From positions 1 through 64,000 of IMG/VR virus record IMGVR_UViG_3300037225_001188: a DNA stretch of 64,000 bases. One strand, given 5' to 3'. The position numbers and the translations under genes are program-made. Source of the DNA: a virus. Shown here one piece after another: positions 9,780 through 19,922 of the stretch. The notes under the pieces were generated by a model, which searched no databases, was not told the DNA's origin, and saw only the letters and a program-made list of their open reading frames with translations. The stretch's first letter is position 1. Each line of letters opens with the position of its first letter.

Positions 9780-10744
9780 TGCTCCACAACTTCGACCTCC
9801 TCAGCTACGTCGAGAGCCGCTGCGTCGTCACGCGCCGCTACGGCAAGGGCGAGCACATGCTGCGCGAGTGCCCGCATTGCGGAGCGCGGGAGCACTGCAG
9901 CGTGAACCCTCAGCGGTGCTCGTGGAGGTGCTTCAAGTGCGAGTGGGCGGGGACGGACCCGGTGAGGTTCGTCGCCGAGGTGGAGAACACCGACCTCGGC
10001 ACGGCGCGCGAGCTGATACTCGAGGCTCAGCTCGACACGCGCCGGCCGGAGCAGCTCGAGGCGTTCCTCGTGGAGCACGAGGTCAAGCTGCCCCTGCTCA
10101 AGGCGGTCGAGTGGCGGTCCGGCCTGCCAGCCGAGTACATCCCGTGCTTCAGCAAGGCCACGGGGAAGTCTCGCATCCCGACCTACCTGGTCGAGCGCGG
10201 GATCGCCAAAGAAACGTGCATGACGTACCGCCTTGGGTGGTGCGACAAGGGGCGCTACTCGGGTCGCATCATCATCCCGATCATCACCGGGGACGTCGTC
10301 ACCTTCCAGGCTCGGGCGACGTGGGATGACGCGGTGCCGAAGTACCTCGGCGAGCCCGACGCGCCGCTCAGCAAGGTCCTCATGGGGTACGACCTGCTGC
10401 GGCCGGGTGCGGAGCTGTGGGTCGTCGAGGGCCCGTTCGACAAGCTCGCCTGCCACCAGGCCGGCATCCCGGCCGTGCCGCTCACCGGGAAGCAGCTGTC
10501 GGACGCTCAGGTCAACCTCATCGTTCGCCTGCGCCCGTCGAAGGTCCACGTGATGCTCGACGACGATGCCGAGCTGATGGTGCGGAAGGTCGCGGCCAAG
10601 CTCGCCTACCGCGTCGAGACCGACATCGTCCTCCTCAAGGGCGGAGACCCGAGCGACCTCGGCGACCGCCTGGCCGGTCAGGCTCATCAGTTCAACGTCG
10701 CTTCGCGGCCTGCGATCGCCAGGACGCTCACTAAACAACTATAG
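9779..10744 (+). CDS. dnaG: DNA primase (Zn finger + TOPRIM)
   Basis: CPHC..CFKC, YLVERGI, RIIIPI, VVEGPFD, LDDD, DP.D. Confidence 0.9.
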   Translation: MLHNFDLLSYVESRCVVTRRYGKGEHMLRECPHCGAREHCSVNPQRCSWRCFKCEWAGTDPVRFVAEVENTDLGTARELILEAQLDTRRPEQLEAFLVEHEVKLPLLKAVEWRSGLPAEYIPCFSKATGKSRIPTYLVERGIAKETCMTYRLGWCDKGRYSGRIIIPIITGDVVTFQARATWDDAVPKYLGEPDAPLSKVLMGYDLLRPGAELWVVEGPFDKLACHQAGIPAVPLTGKQLSDAQVNLIVRLRPSKVHVMLDDDAELMVRKVAAKLAYRVETDIVLLKGGDPSDLGDRLAGQAHQFNVASRPAIARTLTKQL

Positions 10745-10781
10745 TGAGTTCGATGTGTTATGCGAATTTTAACGATTTTTG

Positions 10782-10809
10782 TTGACGCGTAAAAACCTTC
10801 CTGTATAGT
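10782..10809 (+). promoter_or_regulatory. sigma70-type promoter
   Basis: TTGACG-N16-TATAGT in an AT-rich intergenic patch. Confidence 0.6.
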
Positions 10810-10828
10810 CGAACCATGAGGCCGCACG

Positions 10829-11587
10829 ATGCTTAGCTCGATCCCTCAATCGTTCGTTTCTTCGTCAGCTCTCAACGCGCGGTACAGCGCCATTCGTGGG
10901 ACGTTCATGCCTTTGCTGCGGTCGAAGGCGAAGTTCGCATCCCTGGCCGGGTTCATCGACCAGGACGACCTCCTCCAAGAGATGGAGATGCGGGCGCTCT
11001 ACCGGCTCCCCATGTTCGACCAAGAGCGGAGCAGCCTCACCACGTGGATCGGGCTCATCGCCACGCGCACGGTGGCCGATTTCCTCAACTACGCCGGCAG
11101 GCAGTCGCGGGCGCCGCGCCACGCGATGGAGTGGGACGGAGGGTGGGTCGAGGTTCAAGGGCATGCGGCGTCGCTGGACGAGATGCTCGAGGAGCATCGC
11201 GAAGGTGGCGGAAGCGGGGACGGCAAGCTCTTCATCGCGGGGATGTTCGAGGAGTCCGCTGAGGACTACAGCGTGTCGCGCGAGTACGACGTCAGGGCGC
11301 AGGGGGTGCGTGCCACGTTCCGCGCTCGCGTCAACCGTCTTGTTGGTGGGTTCACGCGCGACCTCTTCTGGGCCCGCATCAACCCGCCGGTCGAGCTGCT
11401 CATCTTTGCGCGCAACAAGACGGGGCGCCTCCCGGAGGCCCCCGACCAGCTTCGGCTGGAGACCATCTCGGCCTACTACGAGGTTGCCCCGCCTGCCGCG
11501 CGAGCGGCATGGGCCGACCTCTGCAGCGCCGTCCGGCGGGTCACCGGAGAGTTCGACGCCGACGACCGCTGCCACCTGGGAGGGTAG
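10829..11587 (+). CDS. phage RNA polymerase sigma factor-like protein
   Basis: region-2-like DQDDLLQE...FDQERSSLTTWI..IA...D. Confidence 0.7.
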   Translation: MLSSIPQSFVSSSALNARYSAIRGTFMPLLRSKAKFASLAGFIDQDDLLQEMEMRALYRLPMFDQERSSLTTWIGLIATRTVADFLNYAGRQSRAPRHAMEWDGGWVEVQGHAASLDEMLEEHREGGGSGDGKLFIAGMFEESAEDYSVSREYDVRAQGVRATFRARVNRLVGGFTRDLFWARINPPVELLIFARNKTGRLPEAPDQLRLETISAYYEVAPPAARAAWADLCSAVRRVTGEFDADDRCHLGG

Positions 11588-11591
11588 CCGG

Positions 11592-12521
11592 ATGCGGATC
11601 TTGATCTCCCGGAAGGCGTCCGACTACGCGTTCGTCGCTGCGAGCATCTCCAAGTTCAAGCTCAGCTCGAAGGTGAAGGAGCGCCCCGCCACCGTCAACG
11701 ACGGAGAGATGAGGCGGATCGTCGAGAAGTACGCCTGGGGCGACGTCATGTTCACCTACCGCCCTGACGGCGACTCGACGATCGTCCTGGTCCTGGAGAA
11801 GGCGTCCCCGGTTGGCGTCCAGGAGTGCGTCGGGTTCGCAGCCGAGAAGGACGAGCCGGGGGCGGCCGAGTGCCACGGAGACGCGACCTCGCGCCCGTGC
11901 GCGTTCAAGGCCAAGTGTCAGGCGGTCAAGCGCACGGCAGAGAAGCTCGGCCTGTCGGTCGACACGCTGCTGCTGCGCTGCAGCGTCGAGGACGTCGTGG
12001 CCGGCAAGGCCACCGCGGCGGAGGTGGTCGAGGCGCCGCAGCCTTCGCGCCGCAGGTCGGCGACGAAGCGCTCGGCCGAGCCGAAGATGCTGGACGCTGA
12101 GGCGCAGCTCGTCAGGAAGGCGACCGCGTTCCTCAAGGAGGTTGGGGCGAAGGCCGGGCGGAGCGTCTTGATCGGGGCGTCGGCCGCCGGGCGCCGGGAG
12201 TTCGACCCGGGCCAGGTCTACGTGCGCGACCGGATGGGCTCGAGCGGGTACGTCGGGCTCTACGTCTACAACGACGGGTGGGACGACCCGGTCTGCGTGC
12301 TCCGCCCGGTGCCGCGGCGCATGGTCTACCACGTGAAGGTCCCGGTGACCGAGGCGCAGTTCAACAAGCTCGACCTCGAGAACGCCTGCGGCGACCTCGA
12401 TCGCAAGCCGGCCGACAAGGCCAGCCGCTTCAAGTTCGAGCTGAAGTCCGTCTCGGTCGAGAAGCTGCCGACCTTGGTCAAGATCTTTGCGAGCATGCTG
12501 CAGCGAAGCCTGACCACGTAG
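11592..12521 (+). CDS. hypothetical protein with Cys motif
   Basis: GGAGG RBS, ATG 11592, GC3-rich. Confidence 0.7.
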   Translation: MRILISRKASDYAFVAASISKFKLSSKVKERPATVNDGEMRRIVEKYAWGDVMFTYRPDGDSTIVLVLEKASPVGVQECVGFAAEKDEPGAAECHGDATSRPCAFKAKCQAVKRTAEKLGLSVDTLLLRCSVEDVVAGKATAAEVVEAPQPSRRRSATKRSAEPKMLDAEAQLVRKATAFLKEVGAKAGRSVLIGASAAGRREFDPGQVYVRDRMGSSGYVGLYVYNDGWDDPVCVLRPVPRRMVYHVKVPVTEAQFNKLDLENACGDLDRKPADKASRFKFELKSVSVEKLPTLVKIFASMLQRSLTT

Positions 12522-12528
12522 AGGGTAC

Positions 12529-13899
12529 ATGTCTTTCATTCACCTTCATTCGCACACAGATTTTTCCCTGCTCGATGGCGCGCAGCGGTGCACCGACCTC
12601 GCCGACCGCTGCAAGGCGCTCGGGCACGCGGCCGTGGCGCAGACCGACCACGGCACCATGCGAGGTTTTTTCAAGTTCTTCCAAGCCTGCAAGAAGGCCG
12701 GCATCCGGCCGGTGTACGGCTGCGAGTTCTACCTGTGCAAGGACCGCCACCAGCGCGGCCTGTCCGAGGAGCAGGCAGAGGAGGCGAAGCGCGGGGTCCC
12801 CGGCAAGAAGGACCAGAAGGAGGCGGTCAAGGAGGCGGAGTCGCGGCTCGGCATCCGTGAGCGCTTCCACACCTGCCTGTTCGCGAAGAACGACGTCGGG
12901 CTGAGGAACCTCTTCCGCCTGTCGACCCTCGGCTGGACGGAGGGGTTCTACTACCGCCCCCGCATCGACGTCGCGGCGCTGCGCGAGCACCACGAGGGGC
13001 TCATCCTGTCGACGGCCTGCGTGGACGGCATCCTCGCGCACCTGGCGCGGAAGCAGGCGTACGAGGAGATGCTCGCGATGTTCGACGACCTCGTCGGCAT
13101 CTTCGGCTCCGACCTGTTTTTGGAGGTCATGCCGCACGGGTTCCCTGACCAGGTGGATGCGAACCTGGCGATGGTCCAGTTGGCGCAGTCGGCCAACGTC
13201 CCGCTCGTCGCCACGAACGATGCCCACTACGCGCTCGCGGAGCACTGGCGGCTCCATGAGGCGCTGCTCGCGATGCAGACGCACGCGACGCGGAATGACC
13301 CGAAGCGGTGGACTTTCCCCGGCGGACCCGACTACTACCTCAAGTCGCGCGAGGAGATGGAGGCGAGCTTCTCCGAGCACCACCCAGGGATGTCGCCTGA
13401 GGTCGTGCGGGGCGCACTCGACAATACCGAGGCCCTGGCGGACATGTGCCGGGTCGAGGTAGTGGCGGACACGAAGCGCTGCCTGCTGCCGAGGGTCGAG
13501 GTGGCCGAGCACCACCGCGAGGAGTTCCTGCGGTGGGCGACCGAAACGTACCCGGAGATGTACCAGCTGGACGACGAGGAGTTCCCGAGCACGCCGTGCC
13601 CGCTCGACTGCTCGGCGCCGAGCACGGCTCCGTACGTGGTCGGGAGCGAGACGTCGCGAGAGGCGGCGCTGTCGCTCGAGGGCAAGACCGGATCGATGCG
13701 CCGGGTCGTGCTCGACCACATCACGGGGACCGTCGGCCTGACGTGTGAGGAGGTCGAGGTCCAGCTCGGGATGCGGCACCAGTCGGCCGGGCCGCGGATC
13801 AAGGAGCTGGTCGACGCCGAGCTGCTGTACGACTCGGGGCTGCGGAAGAAGACGACGAGCGGCCGGATGGCGACGGTCTGGCGAGCGAGGGCGCGATGA
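12529..13899 (+). CDS. dnaE: DNA polymerase III alpha N-terminal PHP part fused to a C-terminal phage HTH domain
   Basis: HLHSHTDFSLLDG, TDHG, GCEFY, YYRPRID, TNDAHY; tail GSETSREAA..TCEEVE..LGMRHQSA..RIKEL. Confidence 0.88.
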   Translation: MSFIHLHSHTDFSLLDGAQRCTDLADRCKALGHAAVAQTDHGTMRGFFKFFQACKKAGIRPVYGCEFYLCKDRHQRGLSEEQAEEAKRGVPGKKDQKEAVKEAESRLGIRERFHTCLFAKNDVGLRNLFRLSTLGWTEGFYYRPRIDVAALREHHEGLILSTACVDGILAHLARKQAYEEMLAMFDDLVGIFGSDLFLEVMPHGFPDQVDANLAMVQLAQSANVPLVATNDAHYALAEHWRLHEALLAMQTHATRNDPKRWTFPGGPDYYLKSREEMEASFSEHHPGMSPEVVRGALDNTEALADMCRVEVVADTKRCLLPRVEVAEHHREEFLRWATETYPEMYQLDDEEFPSTPCPLDCSAPSTAPYVVGSETSREAALSLEGKTGSMRRVVLDHITGTVGLTCEEVEVQLGMRHQSAGPRIKELVDAELLYDSGLRKKTTSGRMATVWRARAR

Positions 13900-14174
13900 C
13901 CACCTACGAAGAGCTGGGGGCGAAGATCGGGCGCCTCGTCAGCGAGAAGCAGCTCGCTTACGGTGATTCGTTCAACCGCGCCGGCGACATCATGCGAGTG
14001 CTGTACCCTGACGGAGTGCGGCCGGAGCAGTACACCGACATGCTGTGTCTCGTGCGGATCGTCGACAAGCTGATGCGCATCGCGAACCAGAAGGACGCCT
14101 TCGGCGAGAGCCCATACGGCGACATCGTCGGGTATGCGATCCTCGGGCTCGAGCGGTCGGAGCGTGCGAAGTGA
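13896..14174 (+). CDS. small protein, DUF1599/nucleotide-modification-associated-like
   Basis: KQLAYGDSF..RIVDKLMRI..DIVGYAIL pattern; coupled at both ends. Confidence 0.65.
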   Translation: MTTYEELGAKIGRLVSEKQLAYGDSFNRAGDIMRVLYPDGVRPEQYTDMLCLVRIVDKLMRIANQKDAFGESPYGDIVGYAILGLERSERAK

Positions 14175-16894
14175 ACCTACCAGACGAAGTCGAACTCCAC
14201 GGCCACTACCTCGAGTGGCTCTGCCTGAAGGGGTGGGACGAGCGCGGCATCCCGGCACGGGCTGAGAAGCTCGCCCAGGTCAACGGCGTCGAGCCAGAGG
14301 CCCAGGTCCGGGTCTACATCGACCGCCTCATGCACGAGCTGGAGGCGATCAAACGCCAACGGTTCGTTGATTACACTTTAATTGTATACGATATGATCAA
14401 TTGGGCTCGTCGCAATGACATCATGGTCGGGCCTGGTCGAGGGTCCGGAGCTGGCTCACTGGTTAACTTCTTAATCGGCATCACGGCGATTGACCCGATT
14501 GAGCATAAGCTCCTCTTCGAGCGTTACCTATCGCCGGATCGGACCGATAACCCCGACCTCGATGTCGATTACGAGGACACGCGCCGCGACGAGGTGGTCC
14601 AGTACCTGCACGATAAGTACGGCGACGAGAACGTCGCCCAGATCGCCACGGTCTCGACGCTCAAGGGCAAGAGCTGCCTGAAGGACATCGCCCGCGTCTA
14701 CGAGGTCCCGTACGACGAGGTCAACACCGTCACGTCGGCCATCATCACCCGGGCCGCAGGCGACGAGCGCGTTGACCACACCATCGAGGACAGCTTCAAG
14801 GAGAGCCCGGCGTGCCAGGAGTTCGCCGAGCGGTGGCCCGAGGTCTACCAGCAGAGCGTCCGCGCCGAGGGGCTGCACCGCCAGATGGGCATGCACGCGG
14901 CCGGCGTGGTCACGAGCCCGGTGCCGATCGTCGACCTCGTGCCGCTCGAGGTGAAGCGCGACGACGACGGGAACATGACCAAGTTCATCTCCGTCGACAA
15001 GGACGCCGTCGAGCAGCTCGGTCTGCTGAAGCTGGACATCTTAGGGTTGAAGACGCTGAGCCAGGTGAAGTCAGCCACGCGCGCCATCAAGGAGCGGCAC
15101 GGCGTCGACCTCGACATGGAGAAGCTCGCGCTCGACGACCCGCAGGTGCTGCGCAGGTTCTCCGAGCAGGAGTTCTGCGGGGTCTTCCAGTTCGACAGCA
15201 CGTCGGTAGAGAAGATCTGCGACGGCGTCACGTTCACCCACTTCGACGACCTCGTCGCGGTCAACGCTCTCAACCGCCCGGGGACGACGCGCACCGGGGC
15301 GACGATCACGTGGGCGAAGCGCAAGATGGGGCAGGAGGAGGTGAAGCCGATCCACCCGGTGGTGGACGCCATCGTGCGCGACACGCAGGGCGTCATCCTC
15401 TACCAAGAGCAGGTCGCCAAGATCTTCATCGAGGTCGGCGGGTACACGCCCGGCGAGGCGGACAAGATCCGCAAGCTGATGTCGAAGTCGAAGGGCGTGG
15501 AGATCATCGAGAAGGAGTGGGATAAGTTCCACACGAACGCGACCGCGAGAGGGTTCAGTGACCAGGTCGCGCGAAGCCTGTTCAACTCGTCAAAGTCGCA
15601 CGGAAGTTATTCGTTTAACCGCTCGCACGCTGCTGCTTATTCCGCCATCGCCTACTGGCAGATGTGGCTGAAGCACTACTACACGACGGAGTTCATGTGG
15701 GCGCTCCTGCGCAACGAGGACGACGCCGTCATCCTCACGAAGTACGTGAAGGAGGCGCGGCGCCTCGGCATCGAGGTCCGGTCGCCCGACGTCAACCTCT
15801 CCAGCGACGACTGGAAGATCGTGGGCCCGCGGGTCATCACGGCCTCGATCGGCGACGTCAAGGGCGTCGGTGAGAACGCAGCCCGCGAGGTCATCGCCCA
15901 CCAGCCGTATGCTTCGCTCTCCGACTTCTTCGCCAAGGTCAACCGCCGAGTCGTGAACCGCCGGGTCATCACGAACCTCGTGCTGGCCGACGCCATGACC
16001 GGGGTCGTCGCCAACAAGAAGGCGTTCGTCGACCACGCCGAGGCGGTGTGCGGCGAGAAGGACCCGCTGGCGAAGTACCTGACCTACGTCGGCGAGCCCG
16101 ACTACACCGAGGATGAGGCGACGATCGAGCGCCAGCGGGTCTGCCCGCTCGCGATGGACGTGCACCCGCTCAAGGCGTACGAGGCGACGATCAAGACGAT
16201 GGGCCCGCACGTCCACATGGAGAGCTTCGAGGGCGTCAACTGGAACGGCCGGGTCGGCTGCTTCTGCGGGATGCTGACCAACTACAAGGTCAGCCGCATC
16301 AACTCCCAGACCGACAAGAGCTACGCCCACCTGACGCTCGAGGACGAGCAGGAGCGCCAGCTGCGGGTGAAGGTCGACGTCGACCAGTACGAGCAGCACC
16401 GCCACCTGCTCGACCGTGGCGAGGGGACGTGCCTCGCCATGGTGGCCATCAAGTGGAAGAACGAGACGGCCAGGCTGTGCTACGCCGTCGACCTGGAGGA
16501 CCTGCGCGTGGCCCGGCGCGACAAGCAGCTGCTGACCGGCGCGGCGTCGTGGTTCGAGACCTCGCCGCTCCTGCGACACGGGTCACCGATGGCCGACATC
16601 GCGGCCGTGGTGGCGAAGAAGCTGTCGAAGCGCGGTAGCAAGGTGGCGTTGGTAGGGATGATCGTGGCCGTCAAGGAGCACGAGGACAAGAAGGGGCGCA
16701 CGATGGCGTTCTTCGACCTCGCCGGGTACGAGGGGTCGATCTCCGCCATCTGCTTCGCGTCCAGCTACGACGCCTACGCCGAGGTGCTCAAGCCGGGCGT
16801 CATCTGCGAGATCGAGCTGAAGCGGTCCGACAGCAAGACCTTCGTGCTGGACGCCGAGGCCGGGTGCCGGCTGAAGGTCCTCGAGCGGACCTGA
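14171..16894 (+). CDS. dnaE: DNA polymerase III alpha catalytic part (palm, fingers, HhH, OB)
   Basis: GTG 14171; GPGRGSGAGSL, PDLDVD, HAAG, KLDILGL, GVFQF, YQEQ, YSFNRSH, DKKGRTMAF. Confidence 0.93.
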   Translation: MNLPDEVELHGHYLEWLCLKGWDERGIPARAEKLAQVNGVEPEAQVRVYIDRLMHELEAIKRQRFVDYTLIVYDMINWARRNDIMVGPGRGSGAGSLVNFLIGITAIDPIEHKLLFERYLSPDRTDNPDLDVDYEDTRRDEVVQYLHDKYGDENVAQIATVSTLKGKSCLKDIARVYEVPYDEVNTVTSAIITRAAGDERVDHTIEDSFKESPACQEFAERWPEVYQQSVRAEGLHRQMGMHAAGVVTSPVPIVDLVPLEVKRDDDGNMTKFISVDKDAVEQLGLLKLDILGLKTLSQVKSATRAIKERHGVDLDMEKLALDDPQVLRRFSEQEFCGVFQFDSTSVEKICDGVTFTHFDDLVAVNALNRPGTTRTGATITWAKRKMGQEEVKPIHPVVDAIVRDTQGVILYQEQVAKIFIEVGGYTPGEADKIRKLMSKSKGVEIIEKEWDKFHTNATARGFSDQVARSLFNSSKSHGSYSFNRSHAAAYSAIAYWQMWLKHYYTTEFMWALLRNEDDAVILTKYVKEARRLGIEVRSPDVNLSSDDWKIVGPRVITASIGDVKGVGENAAREVIAHQPYASLSDFFAKVNRRVVNRRVITNLVLADAMTGVVANKKAFVDHAEAVCGEKDPLAKYLTYVGEPDYTEDEATIERQRVCPLAMDVHPLKAYEATIKTMGPHVHMESFEGVNWNGRVGCFCGMLTNYKVSRINSQTDKSYAHLTLEDEQERQLRVKVDVDQYEQHRHLLDRGEGTCLAMVAIKWKNETARLCYAVDLEDLRVARRDKQLLTGAASWFETSPLLRHGSPMADIAAVVAKKLSKRGSKVALVGMIVAVKEHEDKKGRTMAFFDLAGYEGSISAICFASSYDAYAEVLKPGVICEIELKRSDSKTFVLDAEAGCRLKVLERT

Positions 16895-16919
16895 AAAACT
16901 GCTCTCGTACAACCCCGTG

Positions 16920-17501
16920 ATGAGGAACGTATCGATCCGAGGCGTCGACCTCAACGTCGACTTCGTCGCCGCCGACGGGCAGCGAGTGCAGCACGACTTC
17001 GCCCCGTGGCTGCCGCCGAGCATGGACCTCGACAAGGACATGGACGAGGCGGCCTCCAAGATCGCCTGGGCCGGCGCGCTCCTGGGCCTGCTCCACGAGG
17101 CCGACGAGGTGCTCGATGCCGAGTACCGAACATGGCGGGCCGACAAGGGCGAGCAGATGCTCTCGATGAGCGAGAAGCTCTCCGAGCACAAGATCAAGCA
17201 GCTCGTCGAGAGCGACCCCGAGTTCGTGGCCTGGAAGCGGCGCCTCGGCAAGGTGCGCCGGGACGTGCGGACGGTGGAGGTCATCGTCAACGCCCTGTCA
17301 GCCCAGGCTGATATGCTTCGAAGCCGCGGCGCGAACCGGCGCGCCGAGCTGCACCACATCGGGATGTCGACGCCGGAGAAGGACCCGGAGGAGAGCTTCC
17401 GGGAGGTCGAGTCGAGCAAGGTCAAACCGCAGCATGACGACGAGGACCGTGAGCGAAGGGTCGCCGCGGCGCTCGCCGAAACCGAAATGGATAGGAGCTA
17501 G
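16920..17501 (+). CDS. UvsY-like recombination mediator (coiled coil)
   Basis: helical KLSE..IK..VESDPEF...AL.A.ADML pattern; position between polymerase and SSB. Confidence 0.5.
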   Translation: MRNVSIRGVDLNVDFVAADGQRVQHDFAPWLPPSMDLDKDMDEAASKIAWAGALLGLLHEADEVLDAEYRTWRADKGEQMLSMSEKLSEHKIKQLVESDPEFVAWKRRLGKVRRDVRTVEVIVNALSAQADMLRSRGANRRAELHHIGMSTPEKDPEESFREVESSKVKPQHDDEDRERRVAAALAETEMDRS

Positions 17502-17505
17502 AGCC

Positions 17506-18888
17506 ATGGCACCGCAGGACTACGTCGGCGTAGACATCGAAGAGCTGAAGCGCGATCGCGAGGCCCACGAGGGCGGCGTCGGCGCGAGCTGGCCGGAGGG
17601 GGACACCAGGTTCTACGTCCTCGGGCGGCGAGACGGGTACAAGGTCAACTACGCGGAGTACGCCATCCACCGCGTCGGCCAGGGGCAGGGCGAGACGGTC
17701 ATCTGCTTCAACCCGAAGCGCAACAAGATCTTGAAGAACGAGCTGTTCCTCAAGCTCGTCGCCGAGCGCGGCATCAAGGTTCCGAAGGTCTGCAAGATCT
17801 GCCAGAAGGTCGAGGCCGAGAACCTCTGGGACACGAACAAGGAGGAGGCCCAGCGCATCGGCTTCAAGTCCCGCTTCGTGTGGCTCATCATCATGTGGGC
17901 CACCCGCAAGAGCGCGAAGGACGACTGGCAGGACATCAGCCCCAAGCGCGTGAAGCCGTACTTCGCCCCCAAGGCGCAGTGGGATGAGATCTGCGACTAC
18001 ATGTGCGATGCCGGCGACATCACGAACCCAGACAAAGCCAAGCTGATGGTGCTGCACCGCGAGGGCACGAAGACGAGCACGCGCTACAGCGCCAAACCCG
18101 ACATCGCCTCGGCGATCGAGCAGCTGATCTTCACGAAGGAGCAGCGCGCGGTCTGCGCGAAGGCGCTCGCCGCGCCCGAGCTGGTCTACGAGAAGCTCGT
18201 CGCTGACCTCGTCGTCTCGCAGGAGGAGATCGACGCGCTCATGCAGGGCGTGAAGACGGTCGATTCAAGCGATGACACGCCGGATGACGCCGCGGCCGGC
18301 GGCGACAAGAAGAAGGAGTGCTTCGGCAACGCGGCGCTCTACAACCCGAGCGACGACGAGTGCCGCACCCAGTGCCAGCACACGGAGCGCTGCCGCCTCG
18401 CGTGCGAGGCCGTGACCGGCAAGGTGGTCGAGGTCCCCGCGGCGCCGGTGTCGGCTCTGCCGCCCGCCCCCGAGGAGCCGCCGCCGCACACGGATGCCGA
18501 GGCCCCGGCCGACGAGCCAGCCCCCGAGGAGCCGTCGGTCGAGACCAAGCCCAGCTTCGAGGACCTCGAGCCGACCGGCACCCTTTGCAGCCTCTGCAAG
18601 ACGCCGCAGGCCGAGCTGCCCGACGGCCAGGCCACGTGCGCGAACGGCCACACCGGCGCCCCGGCCTACGTGAAGCCGCCCAAGGCCGCCCCCGCCGCGG
18701 CTCCCGCGGCCGCTAAGCCTGCTCCCGCGCCGGCGGCGGCCAAGCCTGCGGCTGCCCCCGCGCCGGCCCCCGCGGCCGCTCCGCCGTCGAAGGCCGCCCA
18801 GGCCTCGGAGCAGAAGACGACGACCGCGGCCAAGGGCAACGCGACTCGCCTCGACGCGCTGCTGGCGTCGCGGTCGGCGAAGAAGTAG
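17506..18888 (+). CDS. gp32-like single-stranded DNA-binding protein with Cys clusters and Ala/Pro-rich tail
   Basis: H...IC...CKIC, GDITNPDK, REGTK.STRYS; context. Confidence 0.6.
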   Translation: MAPQDYVGVDIEELKRDREAHEGGVGASWPEGDTRFYVLGRRDGYKVNYAEYAIHRVGQGQGETVICFNPKRNKILKNELFLKLVAERGIKVPKVCKICQKVEAENLWDTNKEEAQRIGFKSRFVWLIIMWATRKSAKDDWQDISPKRVKPYFAPKAQWDEICDYMCDAGDITNPDKAKLMVLHREGTKTSTRYSAKPDIASAIEQLIFTKEQRAVCAKALAAPELVYEKLVADLVVSQEEIDALMQGVKTVDSSDDTPDDAAAGGDKKKECFGNAALYNPSDDECRTQCQHTERCRLACEAVTGKVVEVPAAPVSALPPAPEEPPPHTDAEAPADEPAPEEPSVETKPSFEDLEPTGTLCSLCKTPQAELPDGQATCANGHTGAPAYVKPPKAAPAAAPAAAKPAPAPAAAKPAAAPAPAPAAAPPSKAAQASEQKTTTAAKGNATRLDALLASRSAKK

Positions 18889-18952
18889 CGCGTCGAGCCC
18901 GGCCCCGTCGCGCTGTTGTTGCGGCAGCTGTGGCGGGGCCGGGCAGACGTTC

Positions 18953-19915
18953 ATGAGCGGTAAGCGGTACTGGCGCAGCGTCACCTGCAGCGGGTGCTTC
19001 AAGGGGTGTCGGTACTCGAGGTTCAGGGTGATCAACGGGGTCCGCGGGGGCGACGTCTTCAAGCTGGCGAGGGGCCTGTTGCGCGACGACAGCGACGACC
19101 CGGCCGATTGGACCTACAAGACGAAGGGGAAGCTCTTGGGCACGCTGTTCGCGATGAAGCAGGAGGCCTGGCGGCGCCACACCGACGCATGCAGCTCGGT
19201 GCGCGAGGCGGTCATGGCCCGCGCCCCGACCGTCCTGTTCGTCGCGCGCAGCTCCAACCGCAAGACCGGCTACATGCCGACGAGCTGGACCAGCATCGAG
19301 ACCTGCCCTCCAAGCTGCCCGTGGCTCGGCTCCGGCTGTTACGCGGAGTACGGGTACATGGGCAAGCACTGGCTCGCAGCGTCGGTGCGCGGCCTGAGCT
19401 GGGATGCGTTCTGCGGCGAGGTCGCGAAGCTCCCGCGCGGCACGGTGTGGCGGCACAACGTAGCCGGCGACCTGCCAGGTAAGGGCGACCTCCTCGACGC
19501 CGAGGCGCTCGGATACCTAGTCGAGGCCAATCGCGAGCGCCGCGGCTTCACCTACACCCACAAGCCGATGGGCTCCGTCGAGGCCATGGAGGCCGTGAGG
19601 CAGGCATGCGCAGGCGGGTTCACCGTGAACTTGTCAGCGAATACGCTGACGCATGCTGACGCGCTGGCTGCCTACGGAGTCGCGCCGGTGGCGGTCGTGC
19701 TGCCGCGGGTTGGTAACCGGTACCCGGCGTCGACGCCTGGCGGGCGGCGGGTGGTGGTATGCCCGGCTCTGTCAGGCAAGGTCTGCTGCGGCGAGTGCTG
19801 CCTGTGCACAGATCCGGCGCGCGAGGCAATAGTCGGGTTCCCGGCGCACGGGGCCAGGCGGTGGTTCGTGACGCAGAGGCTCCAGCAACGACTGCCGTTC
19901 GACAGGGAGGCGTGA
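18953..19915 (+). CDS. conserved phage Cys-rich protein ([29 protein letters not shown] family); possible second start at 19214
   Basis: motifs in translation. Confidence 0.65.
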   Translation: MSGKRYWRSVTCSGCFKGCRYSRFRVINGVRGGDVFKLARGLLRDDSDDPADWTYKTKGKLLGTLFAMKQEAWRRHTDACSSVREAVMARAPTVLFVARSSNRKTGYMPTSWTSIETCPPSCPWLGSGCYAEYGYMGKHWLAASVRGLSWDAFCGEVAKLPRGTVWRHNVAGDLPGKGDLLDAEALGYLVEANRERRGFTYTHKPMGSVEAMEAVRQACAGGFTVNLSANTLTHADALAAYGVAPVAVVLPRVGNRYPASTPGGRRVVVCPALSGKVCCGECCLCTDPAREAIVGFPAHGARRWFVTQRLQQRLPFDREA

Positions 19916-19922
19916 GGTAGAG

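Noticed and set aside
13500-14200. Split intein in DnaE
   Set aside because: No intein block A/B/F/G motifs seen at either junction.
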